A stretch of DNA of 64,000 nt from an uncultured beta proteobacterium (GTDB lineage: Bacteria; Pseudomonadota; Gammaproteobacteria; Burkholderiales; Rhodocyclaceae): contig CAWFGN010000012.1 in NCBI GenBank assembly GCA_963815365.1, positions 128,934 through 192,933 on the forward strand, written 5' to 3'. This document shows, in pieces, positions 30,418 through 44,259 of this stretch. Numbering within the stretch: position 1 is the stretch's first letter; the number at the start of each line of letters is the position of its first letter. The position numbers and the translations under genes are program-made. The notes under the pieces were generated by a model. The model made no database searches and was not told the DNA's origin. It was given only the letters and a program-made list of their open reading frames with translations.

Positions 30418-31542
30418 TTGCTCGCTACCGCCAGCCTGACCCTCCTCGCAGTGTTCGGCAGCGCCCTCCTGGCGCTGGCCGGAGTGGGGTCGCCGCTGGC
30501 GGTCGCGCATCTGGCTTTCGCCGTCGGCATCGTGCCGCTGATTTTTGCGGCGATGAGCCATTTTGTTCCGGTACTGACCCGCACCGGCGACCCGGGGCCC
30601 TGGGTGGCCCGACTGCCTGCGTCTGCGCAACTTGCCGGCCTGCTGGCAGTCTGCGCCATGCAGGGATGGCTGGCGCGCGGATGGTTGCATCTGGCGCTTG
30701 CGCTCGACCTGCTTCTGGCGCTGTGGTTGCTGGCCTGGATTGCCACCCGTGCACGGGCGGCGCTTGGCGCGCCGCACCCGGGCTGGCGCTGGTATGGCGC
30801 TGCACTTGGCTGCCTGATGCTGGCCCTGGCCGCCATCCTGCTGCAGAGCGCCATCCCGTCACACTGGCAAGCGCTGCGCCTGTTCCACCTGCATCTGAAT
30901 ACCCTCGGGCTGGTCGGACTGGCGGCACTGGGTACGCTGCCGGTTCTGCTGCCGACGGCGCTGGGCAAGTTCGACCCGGAGGCCGGCAGCTGGCTGCGCC
31001 GTCGCCTCTGGCTGGTGACCGGAGGCGTGCTGCTGATCAGTGGCGGCGCGGTGATTGGCTGGCCGTTCGCCGTTTCGGGCGCGGTGATGATGCTGGTTGC
31101 GGTACTTGGCCTGGTTGTCCAGTGGATCCGGCGTTTCGGCATGGCGGCGCTGTTCGCCGACGGGGTCTCGGCTTCGTTGATCTCAGCGGTGGCTGGCCTG
31201 CTACTGACGCTGTTGTCCGGGGTCGCGCATGGCACAGGGTTCATGGGAGGGCGCCAGACCCTGTTCGCCTGGGGCGCGGGCTTCCTGCTGCCGCTGATTT
31301 CGGGTGCACTCAGTCAGTTGTTGCCCGTCTGGCGCTGGCCGGGTCCGTCCACACCCGAACGCGCGCTGATGCGCCAGCGACTGGCGGTGACCGGCACCTG
31401 GCGTGCCGGGTTGTTTTTCGCCGCGGAGCTGCTTCTGCTGACGGGTTTCAAAACGCTGGCCGGCATCCTGTTGATGTTCGCGTTAGCCTTGTTTGCAGTC
31501 GGCCTGCTGCAAGCCGTGCGCGTGTCACGGTTGACGCGGTAA
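30418..31542 (+). CDS. Multi-pass membrane protein with intramembrane His motifs (NnrS/heme-Cu oxidase-like motifs)
   Basis: About 12 TMs; HLAFAVG, MSHFVPVL, HLHLNTLG; abuts the DUF2249 stop. Confidence 0.7.
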   Translation: MLATASLTLLAVFGSALLALAGVGSPLAVAHLAFAVGIVPLIFAAMSHFVPVLTRTGDPGPWVARLPASAQLAGLLAVCAMQGWLARGWLHLALALDLLLALWLLAWIATRARAALGAPHPGWRWYGAALGCLMLALAAILLQSAIPSHWQALRLFHLHLNTLGLVGLAALGTLPVLLPTALGKFDPEAGSWLRRRLWLVTGGVLLISGGAVIGWPFAVSGAVMMLVAVLGLVVQWIRRFGMAALFADGVSASLISAVAGLLLTLLSGVAHGTGFMGGRQTLFAWGAGFLLPLISGALSQLLPVWRWPGPSTPERALMRQRLAVTGTWRAGLFFAAELLLLTGFKTLAGILLMFALALFAVGLLQAVRVSRLTR

Positions 31543-31574
31543 AATCACGTTTTTTCGCCTTTCAGGTTTATTCC

Positions 31575-33003
31575 ATGCGCTATATCTCGACCCGCGGCCA
31601 TGCCACGCCCCAGTCCTTCTGCGACATTCTGCTCGGTGGCCTGGCGCCCGATGGCGGCCTCTACCTGCCGGAGGGCTACCCACAGGTCAGCCGTGCCGAA
31701 CTGGATGCCTGGCGCAAGCTGTCGTATGCCGACCTGGCCTACGAAATCCTCTCCAGGTTCATCACCGACATTCCGCCGGCCGATCTCAAGACGCTCGTCG
31801 CCAAAACCTACACTGCGCAGGTTTATTGCCACACGCGCAACGGTGGCGACGCAGCGCAGATCACACCGCTGACCAAACTGGATGAGGGCCTGTACACGCA
31901 GGAACTGTCCAACGGCCCGACGCTGGCCTTCAAGGACATGGCCATGCAGTTGCTCGGCAACCTGTTCGAGTACGTGCTCGACAAGCGCGGCGAGTCGATC
32001 AACATCCTCGGTGCCACCTCCGGCGACACCGGCTCCGCGGCCGAGTACGCGATGCGCGGCAAGCACAACGTCAAGGTTTTCATGCTCTCGCCCGAGGGCA
32101 AGATGAGCGCCTTCCAGCGCGCCCAGATGTACTCGCTGCAGGACCCGAACATCTTCAACATCGCCGTCACCGGCCTGTTCGACGACGCCCAGGACATCGT
32201 CAAGGCCGTTTCCAACGACGCCGAATTCAAGGCCCGATACAAGATCGGCGCCGTCAATTCGATCAACTGGGCCCGCGTCGCGGCGCAGATCGTCTATTAC
32301 TTCCAGGGCTATTTCCTGGCCACCCAGTCGAACGACGAGCAGGTCGCCTTCGCGGTGCCCTCGGGCAATTTCGGCAACATCTGCGCCGGCCATATCGCCC
32401 GCCAGATGGGCCTGCCGATTGCCCAACTGGTGCTGGCCACCAACGAGAACGACGTGCTCGACGAGTTCTTCCGCAGCGGTGTCTATCGCCCTCGCACTGC
32501 CGCCCAGACCAGCATCACCTCCAGCCCGTCGATGGACATCTCCAAGGCGTCCAACTTCGAGCGCTTCGTGTTCGATCTGGTAGGCCGTGATCCGGCCGTG
32601 GTGAGTGAACTGTGGGCCAGGGTCGACAAGGGCGAAGCTTTTGATCTGTCGGCTACGGTTCTACTGGAAAAACCTGCCGAAATTCGGTTTTGTCTCCGGC
32701 AAGAGCACGCATCTCGATCGCATCAGAACCATCCGTTACGCGCAGGGCCGTTACAACGTCATGCTCGACACACACACCGCCGATGGCCTGAAAGTGGCGC
32801 TCGAACACCGGCTGCCGAATACCCCGATGATCGTTCTGGAAACCGCCCAGCCGGCCAAGTTCGAGGAAACGATCCGCGAGGCCCTGGGCGTCGAGCCGTT
32901 ACGTCCGGCCGACCTGGTTGGCATCGAAACGCTGGAACAGCGCGTTGTGGTCATGGCGCCTGACGTAGTCGCCGTCAAGCGATTCATCGTCAACCACGTT
33001 TGA
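31575..33003 (+). CDS. thrC: Threonine synthase; apparent +1 frameshift at ~32657-32672
   Basis: MRYISTRG, PTLAFKD (PLP Lys), ATSGDTG, NSINWAR, PSGNFGN. C-terminus (DTHTADG, ETAQPAKF) continues in ORF 32605..33003. Confidence 0.92.
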
Positions 33004-33036
33004 ATGTCGGCCCGATGATGAGCCGAAGCGTCCGCC

Positions 33037-33174
33037 TCAGAGGTAGATGACGGCGGGGAAAACAGCGACGGCCAGCACCAGAACCAGCCATTCAAGATTG
33101 TTGCGGGCCAGGAAGCCGGTGAAATGCAAAACCAGAATGATGATGGCGAAGACATAAAACAGCGCAAATAACAT
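33037..33174 (-). CDS. Small 2-TM membrane protein (45 aa)
   Basis: GGAG RBS; MLFALFYVFAIIILVLHFTGFLARNNLEWLVLVLAVAVFPAVIYL; below the ORF-track cutoff. Confidence 0.7.
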   Translation of the reverse strand: MLFALFYVFAIIILVLHFTGFLARNNLEWLVLVLAVAVFPAVIYL

Positions 33175-33269
33175 TCGTGGCTCCAGAAGAGGGTGTTAAT
33201 TGTTGCCTGGCACCAGGCAGTGTATGGTCAGGATTATAAGACGAAGTCGCCACCTGGCAATACGCGGCA

Positions 33270-34133
33270 TCAGCCGATAAAGCGCATCGACAGGTCGAGT
33301 GCCTTGACATCCTTGGTCAGCGCCCCGACGGAAATCCGGTCGACACCGGTTTCGGCGATGCCGCGTATGGTCTCCAGGCTGACGTTGCCCGAGGCTTCGA
33401 GGACAGCGCGCCCGGCATTGATGCGCGCCGCATCGCGCATCATGTCGAGGCTGAAGTTGTCGAGCAGCACCATTCGGGCACCATGATTCAGCGCCGTTTC
33501 CAGTTCCGCGAGGCTTTCCACCTCGATCTGGACGAAGGTGCAGCGTTCCGCTGCCCTTTGCGCTACCTCGGCAGCGGCCGCCAGGGCTGGCGCTATCCCG
33601 CCGGCGGCGAGGATATGGTTTTCCTTGATCAGGATGGCATCCCACAGTGCCAGCCGGTGATTGCCGCCGCCCCCGCAGCGAACGGCATATTTTTGCGCGA
33701 TGCGCAGGCCGGGCAGGGTTTTTCGGGTGTCGACCACCTGAGCGCCGGTTCCGGCGATCGCGTCGGCATAGGTGCGCGCCTTGGTGGCCACGGCTGAGAG
33801 CAACTGGAGAAAATTGAGCGCGCTGCGCTCGGCGCTTAGCAGGGCGCGGCCGTCAGCGCTGATTTCGCAAAGCGTTTGACCGGCGGCGATGCGGTCGCCA
33901 TCGTGCGCCCCCCAGCGCACCGATGCCTGCGCATCGAGTTGGCGAATGCACGCGTCGAACCAGGCGCACCCGCAGAGCACCCCCGTTTCGCGCGAGATGA
34001 CCGTGGCCCTGGCCGTGCGTCCGGCGGGGACAAGTTCGGCGGTGAGGTCGCCGGGGCCGATGTCCTCGTTCAGGGCATTACTGACATTAAGGGTAATTTC
34101 CGGAGCGAGCGGGAAGGGGAAGTCGATGGGCAT
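33270..34133 (-). CDS. nadC: Nicotinate-nucleotide diphosphorylase (carboxylating)
   Basis: DTRKTLPGLR, NHR, LIKENH, EVE, LLDN, EASG. Confidence 0.96.
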   Translation of the reverse strand: MPIDFPFPLAPEITLNVSNALNEDIGPGDLTAELVPAGRTARATVISRETGVLCGCAWFDACIRQLDAQASVRWGAHDGDRIAAGQTLCEISADGRALLSAERSALNFLQLLSAVATKARTYADAIAGTGAQVVDTRKTLPGLRIAQKYAVRCGGGGNHRLALWDAILIKENHILAAGGIAPALAAAAEVAQRAAERCTFVQIEVESLAELETALNHGARMVLLDNFSLDMMRDAARINAGRAVLEASGNVSLETIRGIAETGVDRISVGALTKDVKALDLSMRFIG

Positions 34134-34182
34134 GGAATGGGCGATCCGGCGATTTGATGGAGGGATTGTACCTGCGGGCTGG

Positions 34183-35676
34183 TTAATGATTCCGAACCGG
34201 CGCCACCCAGTCGTTGAACAATTTACGGGCTGCGTCGATCACTTCACCAGCGGTCAGCCCGATTGGGCCGCAGCCCTGGCTGACCAGTTGGTCAGCGGCC
34301 GCGCCATGCAGGTGCACGGCGACGAGCAAGGCGCCTTCCGCCGGCCAGCCCTGGGCGAGCAGGGCGGTGATCAGGCCGGTCAGGACGTCACCCATACCGG
34401 CGGTCGCCATGCCCGGATTGCCGGTGGAATTGATCCACCAGCGGCCATCGACTGTCGCGGTGACGGTGCCGCAACCCTTGAGCGCAATGTGGCAACGGTA
34501 GCGCGCGGCAAGTTCGCGCGCGGCCTCGATGCGGTCCGCCTGAACCTCGCGCGTCGGGCAGCCGAGAAGACGCGCGGCTTCGGCCGGGTGCGGCGTAAGG
34601 ATGACGGGTGCGAGGCGGTTGTAGAGATGTCCTTCGAGCCGGCCATCGGTTGCCAGTATATTCAGGGCGTCTGCATCGAGAACGACGGGAACGGGGCACC
34701 TGAGCGCCTGGTCTAGCAGGCGGATGGCCTCGCCGGAGCGGCCCAGGCCAGGGCCGCAGGCCAGTGCCTGAAAGTCGGCCTGCAGCAAGGTATCGGCCCG
34801 CCGGACCATGAGTTCGGGCTGGCCGGGATCCACGGTTAACGCGTCGGGATCGAGCAGGCCGAGATAGACGCGTCCGCTGCCCAGTTTCAGTGCAGCGCGC
34901 CCGGCGAGCAGCGCTGCGCCGACCATCGACTTGCTGCCGCCGAGGATGCCGGCGCTGCCGAAACTCCCCTTGTGGCTGTTGCGCGCCCGCGGCTGCAGCA
35001 ACGACGAAAAATCGGCGAGGCTGACGATATGGCCGTCGGCCGTGAACTCCGGTTGAAGCGACAGATCGAGCCCGGCAACCCGGATTTCTCCGGCAAAATC
35101 GGGTCCTCCGGCAGTCAATAACCCGGGCTTGGCGGAAATGAAGGTGATCGTATGGCTGGCCCTGATTGCCTCGCCGAAAACCTGGCCGGTGTCGGCATTG
35201 AGGCCGGAGGGGCAGTCAAGGGCGAGTAGTGGACAGCCATCACGCTCCGCCAGGTGGTTTGCGGCATGAATCCACTCCGCATAACGCCCTTCCGCGGCCC
35301 GGGTCAGGCCGATTCCGAACAGTCCGTCGATAATCAGCGACCAGCGCCCCGCATCGGGAATGGTCCCGGTGACCTTGCCGCCCGTCGCGATGAATCGCTG
35401 ATGCGCGGCGGCGGCATCCGCGGGGAGATGCGCCGGGTCGCCGGCAAAAACCAAGCGCACGTCGAAAAACGACTCACGCAGGCGGCGGGCCGCTTCGAAG
35501 GCATCGCCCCCATTGTTGCCGGGGCCGGCAAGAACGAGAACCGGTCGTGCCTGATCGCCGGCCAGCGTGACAGCCCACGCCGCTGCGGCGGCGCCGGCCC
35601 GCTGCATCAGCGGCGCATCAGCGAAGCGGGCTTCGATCCGGCGCAGCGTGGGGCCGCGGAATAGTGAAGTGTCCAT
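34183..35676 (-). CDS. nnr: Bifunctional NAD(P)HX epimerase/dehydratase
   Basis: GPGNNGGD, DGLFGIG, HKGSFG, DADAL, TPHPAEA, AGMGDVL. Confidence 0.93.
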   Translation of the reverse strand: MDTSLFRGPTLRRIEARFADAPLMQRAGAAAAAWAVTLAGDQARPVLVLAGPGNNGGDAFEAARRLRESFFDVRLVFAGDPAHLPADAAAAHQRFIATGGKVTGTIPDAGRWSLIIDGLFGIGLTRAAEGRYAEWIHAANHLAERDGCPLLALDCPSGLNADTGQVFGEAIRASHTITFISAKPGLLTAGGPDFAGEIRVAGLDLSLQPEFTADGHIVSLADFSSLLQPRARNSHKGSFGSAGILGGSKSMVGAALLAGRAALKLGSGRVYLGLLDPDALTVDPGQPELMVRRADTLLQADFQALACGPGLGRSGEAIRLLDQALRCPVPVVLDADALNILATDGRLEGHLYNRLAPVILTPHPAEAARLLGCPTREVQADRIEAARELAARYRCHIALKGCGTVTATVDGRWWINSTGNPGMATAGMGDVLTGLITALLAQGWPAEGALLVAVHLHGAAADQLVSQGCGPIGLTAGEVIDAARKLFNDWVAPVRNH

Positions 35677-35685
35677 GAGGGAATT

Positions 35686-36586
35686 CTAGCGCCAATAGCG
35701 CCTTGCGTTCCGGATGGTGTTGGCATGGATAGATACCGTATCGTCGATCTGTCGCGCGTAACCGCCCGCCATGGCGAGGGCAAGCGGAATGCCGGGTGCC
35801 CGGCAGCGGCTGAAAACGCGCCGGTCACGCTCGGCCAGGCCGTCGATGCTCAGGCCGAGGCGGCCGAAACGGTCGTCCTTGTAGGGGTCGGCACCGGCGA
35901 GGTAGATCACGAGATCGGGCCGGGCGAGGTCGAAGGCCGTGTTCAGGCCATCTTCGAGGTGAAGCAGATAGGCGTCGTCTGAGCAGCCGTCGGGCAACTC
36001 GATGTCAAGATCGCTGATTTCCTTTTCGAAAGGAAAGTTGCGCGCGCCGTGGATCGAAAAGGTGAAGATGCTGGCGTCGCCGTCCAGAATGCTCGCGGTG
36101 CCATTGCCCTGGTGAACGTCGCAGTCGACAATCAGCACGCGTTCGACGCGGCCTTCGGCCTGCATGGCGCGAGCGGCGACGGCGGCGTCGTTAAAGACGC
36201 AAAAACCTTCCCCGCGGTCGCGGAAGGCGTGATGGGTGCCGCCCGCCAGATTGGCAGCAACACCGTCGGCGAGGGCGGCGCGGCAGGCGCCGATGGTCGC
36301 GCCGGCGGAACGGCGGGAGCGTTCGACCATGCCCTGCGCTCCATGGAAAGCCGATGGCTTTTTGGGCCTTTTCCGGGAGTTCACCGCATCCGACCCGGCG
36401 GATGTAGTCGGGATCGTGGGCGCGCGCCAGTTCTTCATCGCTGGCTGCGTGCGGCAGATGGAAATCTGCATCGCTGAATTCGCCGCTGGCGAGCAAGGCC
36501 TGACGCAGCCGGGCGTATTTTTCCATCGGGAAACGGTGGCCGGCCGGCAAGGGGAGGACGAAGACATCGGTATAGAAAAGCTGCAT
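35686..36586 (-). CDS. Histone deacetylase family protein; apparent +1 frameshift at ~36333
   Basis: HRFPMEKY, GGTHHA, GFCVFND, DCDVHQGNG, AGADP, GGY. The two halves join on removing one base of ccc 36332-36334. Confidence 0.88.
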
Positions 36587-36608
36587 CGCCGATGCCTGCG
36601 CAGGCGGA

Positions 36609-37466
36609 TCAGTTCAGTGCGGCCGACATCTTGCGCCGGAATTCGCGGATCAGGTCGTCGTATTGCTCGCTGCCGCCAAGGGCTTCGAACAGTTGGAGCA
36701 CGGCCTTGCGGCCGGCGCCTTCGTCGAAAAAGCGGTCGCGGACAACGACTTCCAGCGCGGCTTCGAGGGCTTCGCGGAAGCGGCTTTGCGCGGCGTAGGC
36801 ACGGGAGAGTTCGAGGCGCGCCACATGGTCGGCCGGGTTGGCGGCCAGCCGGGCTTCGATTTCGGCCGTGTCGGCGGCACCGGCGGCCAGCGCCAGGCGG
36901 GCGCGCAGCGCGTTGGCACGGTCGGGTTCGCTGGTGTATTCGCCGGCCAGCAGTTGCTTGGACTCATCGTTGCGGCCGAGTTGAAGCAGGACGTCGATGG
37001 CGTCGAGTTGGACGGCCTGGTCATCCGGTTTGGCGTGGCTGGCCTCGACCAGCTTGGCCAGCGCCTCCTCCAGCTTGCCTTCGCCGACCAGTGCCGCGGC
37101 TTCCTCGCGCAGGTTGCCGCCAGGGCCGGCGGGCAGGGCGATGCGGTCAAGAAAGGCACGTACCTGGCTTTCCGGTAGCGCGCCGTTGAATTCATCAACC
37201 AGCTGGCCCTGAAAAAGCACCTTGACCGAGGGAATGCTGCGCACACCGAAGTGCTGGGCAATTTCCGGGTTGGCGTCGGAATCGATCTTGGCCAGCAGGA
37301 AGCGGCCGCCGTATTCCTCGGCCAGCTTTTCCAGCATCGGCTTCAGGACCTTGCATGGTTCGCACCAGGGCGCCCAGAAATCGACGACCACCGGCACGGT
37401 TTCCGAGGGGATGAGGACTTTGGCTTCAAATTCTTCAATGGCAACGTCAAAGGCAAACTGGGACAT
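36609..37466 (-). CDS. cnoX: Thioredoxin-TPR chaperedoxin (YbbN/CnoX)
   Basis: DFWAPWCEPC thioredoxin domain followed by TPR repeats and a C-terminal RRKMSAAL. Confidence 0.88.
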   Translation of the reverse strand: MSQFAFDVAIEEFEAKVLIPSETVPVVVDFWAPWCEPCKVLKPMLEKLAEEYGGRFLLAKIDSDANPEIAQHFGVRSIPSVKVLFQGQLVDEFNGALPESQVRAFLDRIALPAGPGGNLREEAAALVGEGKLEEALAKLVEASHAKPDDQAVQLDAIDVLLQLGRNDESKQLLAGEYTSEPDRANALRARLALAAGAADTAEIEARLAANPADHVARLELSRAYAAQSRFREALEAALEVVVRDRFFDEGAGRKAVLQLFEALGGSEQYDDLIREFRRKMSAALN

Positions 37467-37517
37467 TTAAGGGCACCGGGGATTGAATTGCGACGATTAT
37501 AGATGATGCCGGTTTGA

Positions 37518-40042
<2,525 letters not shown>

Positions 40043-40081
40043 TTTAATGTGTCAGTTTAAATAATTCTTCCAACTATATGA

Positions 40082-41380
<1,299 letters not shown>

Positions 41381-41386
41381 CGCCTG

Positions 41387-41671
41387 ATGCGCTGGCTGAC
41401 GGTCGGCCTCCTCGCAGTCATCGGCCTGCTCCAGTATCCGCTCTGGCTGGGCAAGGGCGGCTGGCTGAAGGTCTGGGAGTACGACCGTCAATTGCAGCAG
41501 CAGAAGGAAGTCACGCGCAAGCTGGAAATCAGGAACGCGGGCCTCGATGCCGAGGTGCGCGACCTGAAGCAGGGCTACGATGCGATCGAGGAGCGCGCCC
41601 GCTTTGAGTTGGGCATGGTGCGCAAGGATGAAATCTTCGTGCAGATTCCGGAAAAAGTTCCCGGAAAATAG
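41387..41671 (+). CDS. ftsB: Cell division protein FtsB
   Basis: TM + LWLGKGG + coiled coil + [10 protein letters not shown]; follows eno. Confidence 0.95.
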   Translation: MRWLTVGLLAVIGLLQYPLWLGKGGWLKVWEYDRQLQQQKEVTRKLEIRNAGLDAEVRDLKQGYDAIEERARFELGMVRKDEIFVQIPEKVPGK

Positions 41672-41767
41672 TGGAAATATTGGCGTCAACCGCAGTAGTC
41701 ACGGGCATTTGCCTCCGTTAGAATCGCTCTCAGAAGTCCCCCTCGCAGAGCGCTCAAGGAGAACCAC

Positions 41768-42241
41768 ATGCGACTCAAGGTTGGCGATGTCGCACCGTCG
41801 GTTTCATTGCCGGATGCCGATATGGAAACCATTGATGTGGCGGCCTACAAAGGCAGCAAGCATGTCGTGCTTTTCTTTTACCCGAAGGACGGTACGCCCT
41901 GTTGCACCAGAGAGGCCACTGACTTCTCCGACCATGAGGACGAATTCAGTCGGCAGAACTGTGTTCTGTTCGGCATCAGCCGCGACGAGTGCCTGAAGCA
42001 CGCCGAGTTTCGCGACAAGGAGGGCATCAGTACCGAATTGCTCTCCGATGCCGAAGGTGTCGTCTGCAAGCAATACGGCGTCTGGCAGGCGAAGGAAGTC
42101 GATGGCCACAAGAAATTCGGCATCCTTCGATCCACGTTTGTCATCGACAGATCCGGCGTGATTCGTCACGCGCTTTATGGTGTCAATTACAAGGGCCACG
42201 CACTGGATGTGCTGCGCCTGGTCAAGGAATTGAATTCCTGA
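41768..42241 (+). CDS. bcp: Peroxiredoxin (BCP/PrxQ family)
   Basis: FYPKDGTPCCTREA peroxidatic motif; RSTFVID. Confidence 0.88.
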   Translation: MRLKVGDVAPSVSLPDADMETIDVAAYKGSKHVVLFFYPKDGTPCCTREATDFSDHEDEFSRQNCVLFGISRDECLKHAEFRDKEGISTELLSDAEGVVCKQYGVWQAKEVDGHKKFGILRSTFVIDRSGVIRHALYGVNYKGHALDVLRLVKELNS

Positions 42242-42435
42242 GCAGGCGGGCTATCTGTGGGTTTTCGCAGATACCGTTCTGAATGAAATTACCCTTCAGA
42301 CTGGCCATCGTTACAAATCTGTCACAGCAATTTTTAATCCCGGGCGCTATGGTTATCGATCAAGCGTTCGTCCAGCGGAAGCAGGCAATTCTTCCGACCG
42401 CGGGTGGTACTGATCGATCATGGCGGAGACAGTAT

Positions 42436-42615
42436 ATGGAGAGCATCATTCTTGAACGACGCCAGAGAGTGCGTCAACAGCAGCAACCTCTGCAGCAAGC
42501 AGAACAGTATTTCCATCGACAGACAGGCGATGGTGGCGCGAAGACTGCGCCAAAAATCGAGACTTGGCAGTCACGAGCCAATGCGCAAGCCCGAAGGCAA
42601 TTGGGGGACCTTTAG
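42436..42615 (+). CDS. Hypothetical small Gln/Arg-rich protein (59 aa)
   Basis: GGAG RBS upstream of the ATG; a hairpin spans the stop codon; no recognisable domain. Confidence 0.4.
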   Translation: MESIILERRQRVRQQQQPLQQAEQYFHRQTGDGGAKTAPKIETWQSRANAQARRQLGDL

Positions 42616-42805
42616 CGTCCCCCGCGGAGAGTGCAAAACGGGTTGGCGGGTGTCTGGTTCCCCCGCGATGGACACGACAGCCACTGAGCTTTGCGGCGGG
42701 GGTGATAGAATCCGCCCACCGCCCCCGGCGGCTTTTTGTCGTGTGCGCATCCAGTAGCACATCCGGACTGCCGGAAACACCCATCAATACTAGGAACTTC
42801 ACAAA

Positions 42806-43303
42806 ATGAACATGCAGGTTGCCAAAGATACGGTCATTACGCTCGACTACCACGTGACTGACCCGGACGGGGAAGTGGTTGACGAAGGGCGCGAACCGCT
42901 CATTTATCTGCATGGCGGCTACGACGATATTTTCCCGCTGATCGAGGAGGCGCTGCAGGGCAAGAAGGTCAGCGAATCAGTCCAGGTCAAGTTGCAGCCG
43001 GACGAAGCCTTCGGCGATTATGATGCGGAACTGGTCCAGATCGAGCCGCGCAAGGATTTCCCCAAGGAGATCCAGGTCGGCATGCAGTTCGAAGGGGGCG
43101 CCGAAGGAGATGAAGAAGACTTCATCATCTATCGCGTGACCGACATTGCCGACGACAAGGTCGTGCTCGACGGCAACCATCCGCTGGCCGGAATGGCGCT
43201 GGTGTTCACCTGCACGGTCACGGCAATTCGCCCGGCCAGCGCGGAAGAAATCGAACACGGTCACGTCCATCATCCGGACGACGACGAGGAAACCTGTCAC
43301 TGA
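42806..43303 (+). CDS. slyD: FKBP-type peptidyl-prolyl isomerase
   Basis: YLHGG, DGNHPLAG, EEIEHGHVHH tail. Start could be 42812. Confidence 0.93.
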   Translation: MNMQVAKDTVITLDYHVTDPDGEVVDEGREPLIYLHGGYDDIFPLIEEALQGKKVSESVQVKLQPDEAFGDYDAELVQIEPRKDFPKEIQVGMQFEGGAEGDEEDFIIYRVTDIADDKVVLDGNHPLAGMALVFTCTVTAIRPASAEEIEHGHVHHPDDDEETCH

Positions 43304-44259
43304 GCCTTGGGTGGCCAGGGGTGGGCTTCGAAGCGGAACAATGCGGGTGAGTCGGTATCGATGAGTCCGCGCGTCCACCCCATCAGCGGATAGCCGAATG
43401 TCTCGACGCGGGTGAATTTGGCGATCAGCTTCCCGTTGACGTCACGCAAGGGCTGATCGATGCGGCTGAAGTGGGTGTCGCCATGCACCGCAACGACCTT
43501 TCCCGTGAAATCCAGCGTCTCCCGGCGCAGGGTTTCAAGAAAATCACGGAAGCCACGATGCGCCAGGCCTTCCGCGAAGTGCGCGAAACCCGGATTGGCC
43601 TGAAACAGCAGGACGATTCCCGCCAGCTTTGCGCGCCGGGCCAGCGCGAAGCTGTCGGTCAACCAGGCGAGTACGAGCGGATTGCGCTCGAGAAATTCGC
43701 GCCGGGGTTCGGCGACTTTGCCGAAGTTGTTGTCATCACCCGGCAGGTTGAGCGTGACGAACAGCACCGGCCCGAGCCGGAAACGCGAGTGTTCGCGGTA
43801 GGCGCCGGGCTGACGTTCCAGCGCAATCCGCCTGCGGCCGAGCGATTCCGGCTGCTGCCAAAACAGCGTGCGCAGGGTGGCCAGCCGTTCGAGCGGGTCG
43901 TAGGCGCCGCTTGCAACGCGTCGGCAATCGGTCCATTCGTTGTCGCCGGGCACGAAAATGAGAGGCGCCGGGTTGCCATCGAAGAGTAGCTGGCGATCCT
44001 TGAACAGCGCATCGTCGCAACGGTCCTGCCCATCCTTGAAGTCGCCGACGTGGATGACGACGTCCACCTGGCTCTCGGCAATCGCCTCGAGCATGCGTGG
44101 CAATTCGCGGCGCTCGCGATCGGAATAAGGCGTGTCGCCGATCAGCGCGAAGCGCCAGGTTTCGGCGCCGGCCAAGCCGATCCAGCCGGCAAAAATTGCG
44201 GTCAACGCGAATTTCAGGGCAAAAACGACGTCGACCGCAACCCGGCTCAGCCGGCTCAC
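43297..44259 (-). CDS. Exported metallophosphoesterase
   Basis: Signal peptide; [24 protein letters not shown]. Confidence 0.82.
   Translation of the reverse strand: MSRLSRVAVDVVFALKFALTAIFAGWIGLAGAETWRFALIGDTPYSDRERRELPRMLEAIAESQVDVVIHVGDFKDGQDRCDDALFKDRQLLFDGNPAPLIFVPGDNEWTDCRRVASGAYDPLERLATLRTLFWQQPESLGRRRIALERQPGAYREHSRFRLGPVLFVTLNLPGDDNNFGKVAEPRREFLERNPLVLAWLTDSFALARRAKLAGIVLLFQANPGFAHFAEGLAHRGFRDFLETLRRETLDFTGKVVAVHGDTHFSRIDQPLRDVNGKLIAKFTRVETFGYPLMGWTRGLIDTDSPALFRFEAHPWPPKAQ

Noticed and set aside
30666-31574. Apparent 300-aa N-terminal extension on ThrC
   Set aside because: It overlaps the membrane-protein gene in another frame and is low-complexity. ThrC homology begins at MRYISTRG (31575).
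41768-42241. Vicinal Cys-Cys at the peroxiredoxin active site (TPCCT)
   Set aside because: A single-residue variant with no supporting context; too weak to report as a finding.
42655-42690. Cobalamin-riboswitch-like words CCCCCGC and GCCACTG
   Set aside because: The GGGAA elements and B12 box are missing, and the downstream gene (slyD) does not fit.
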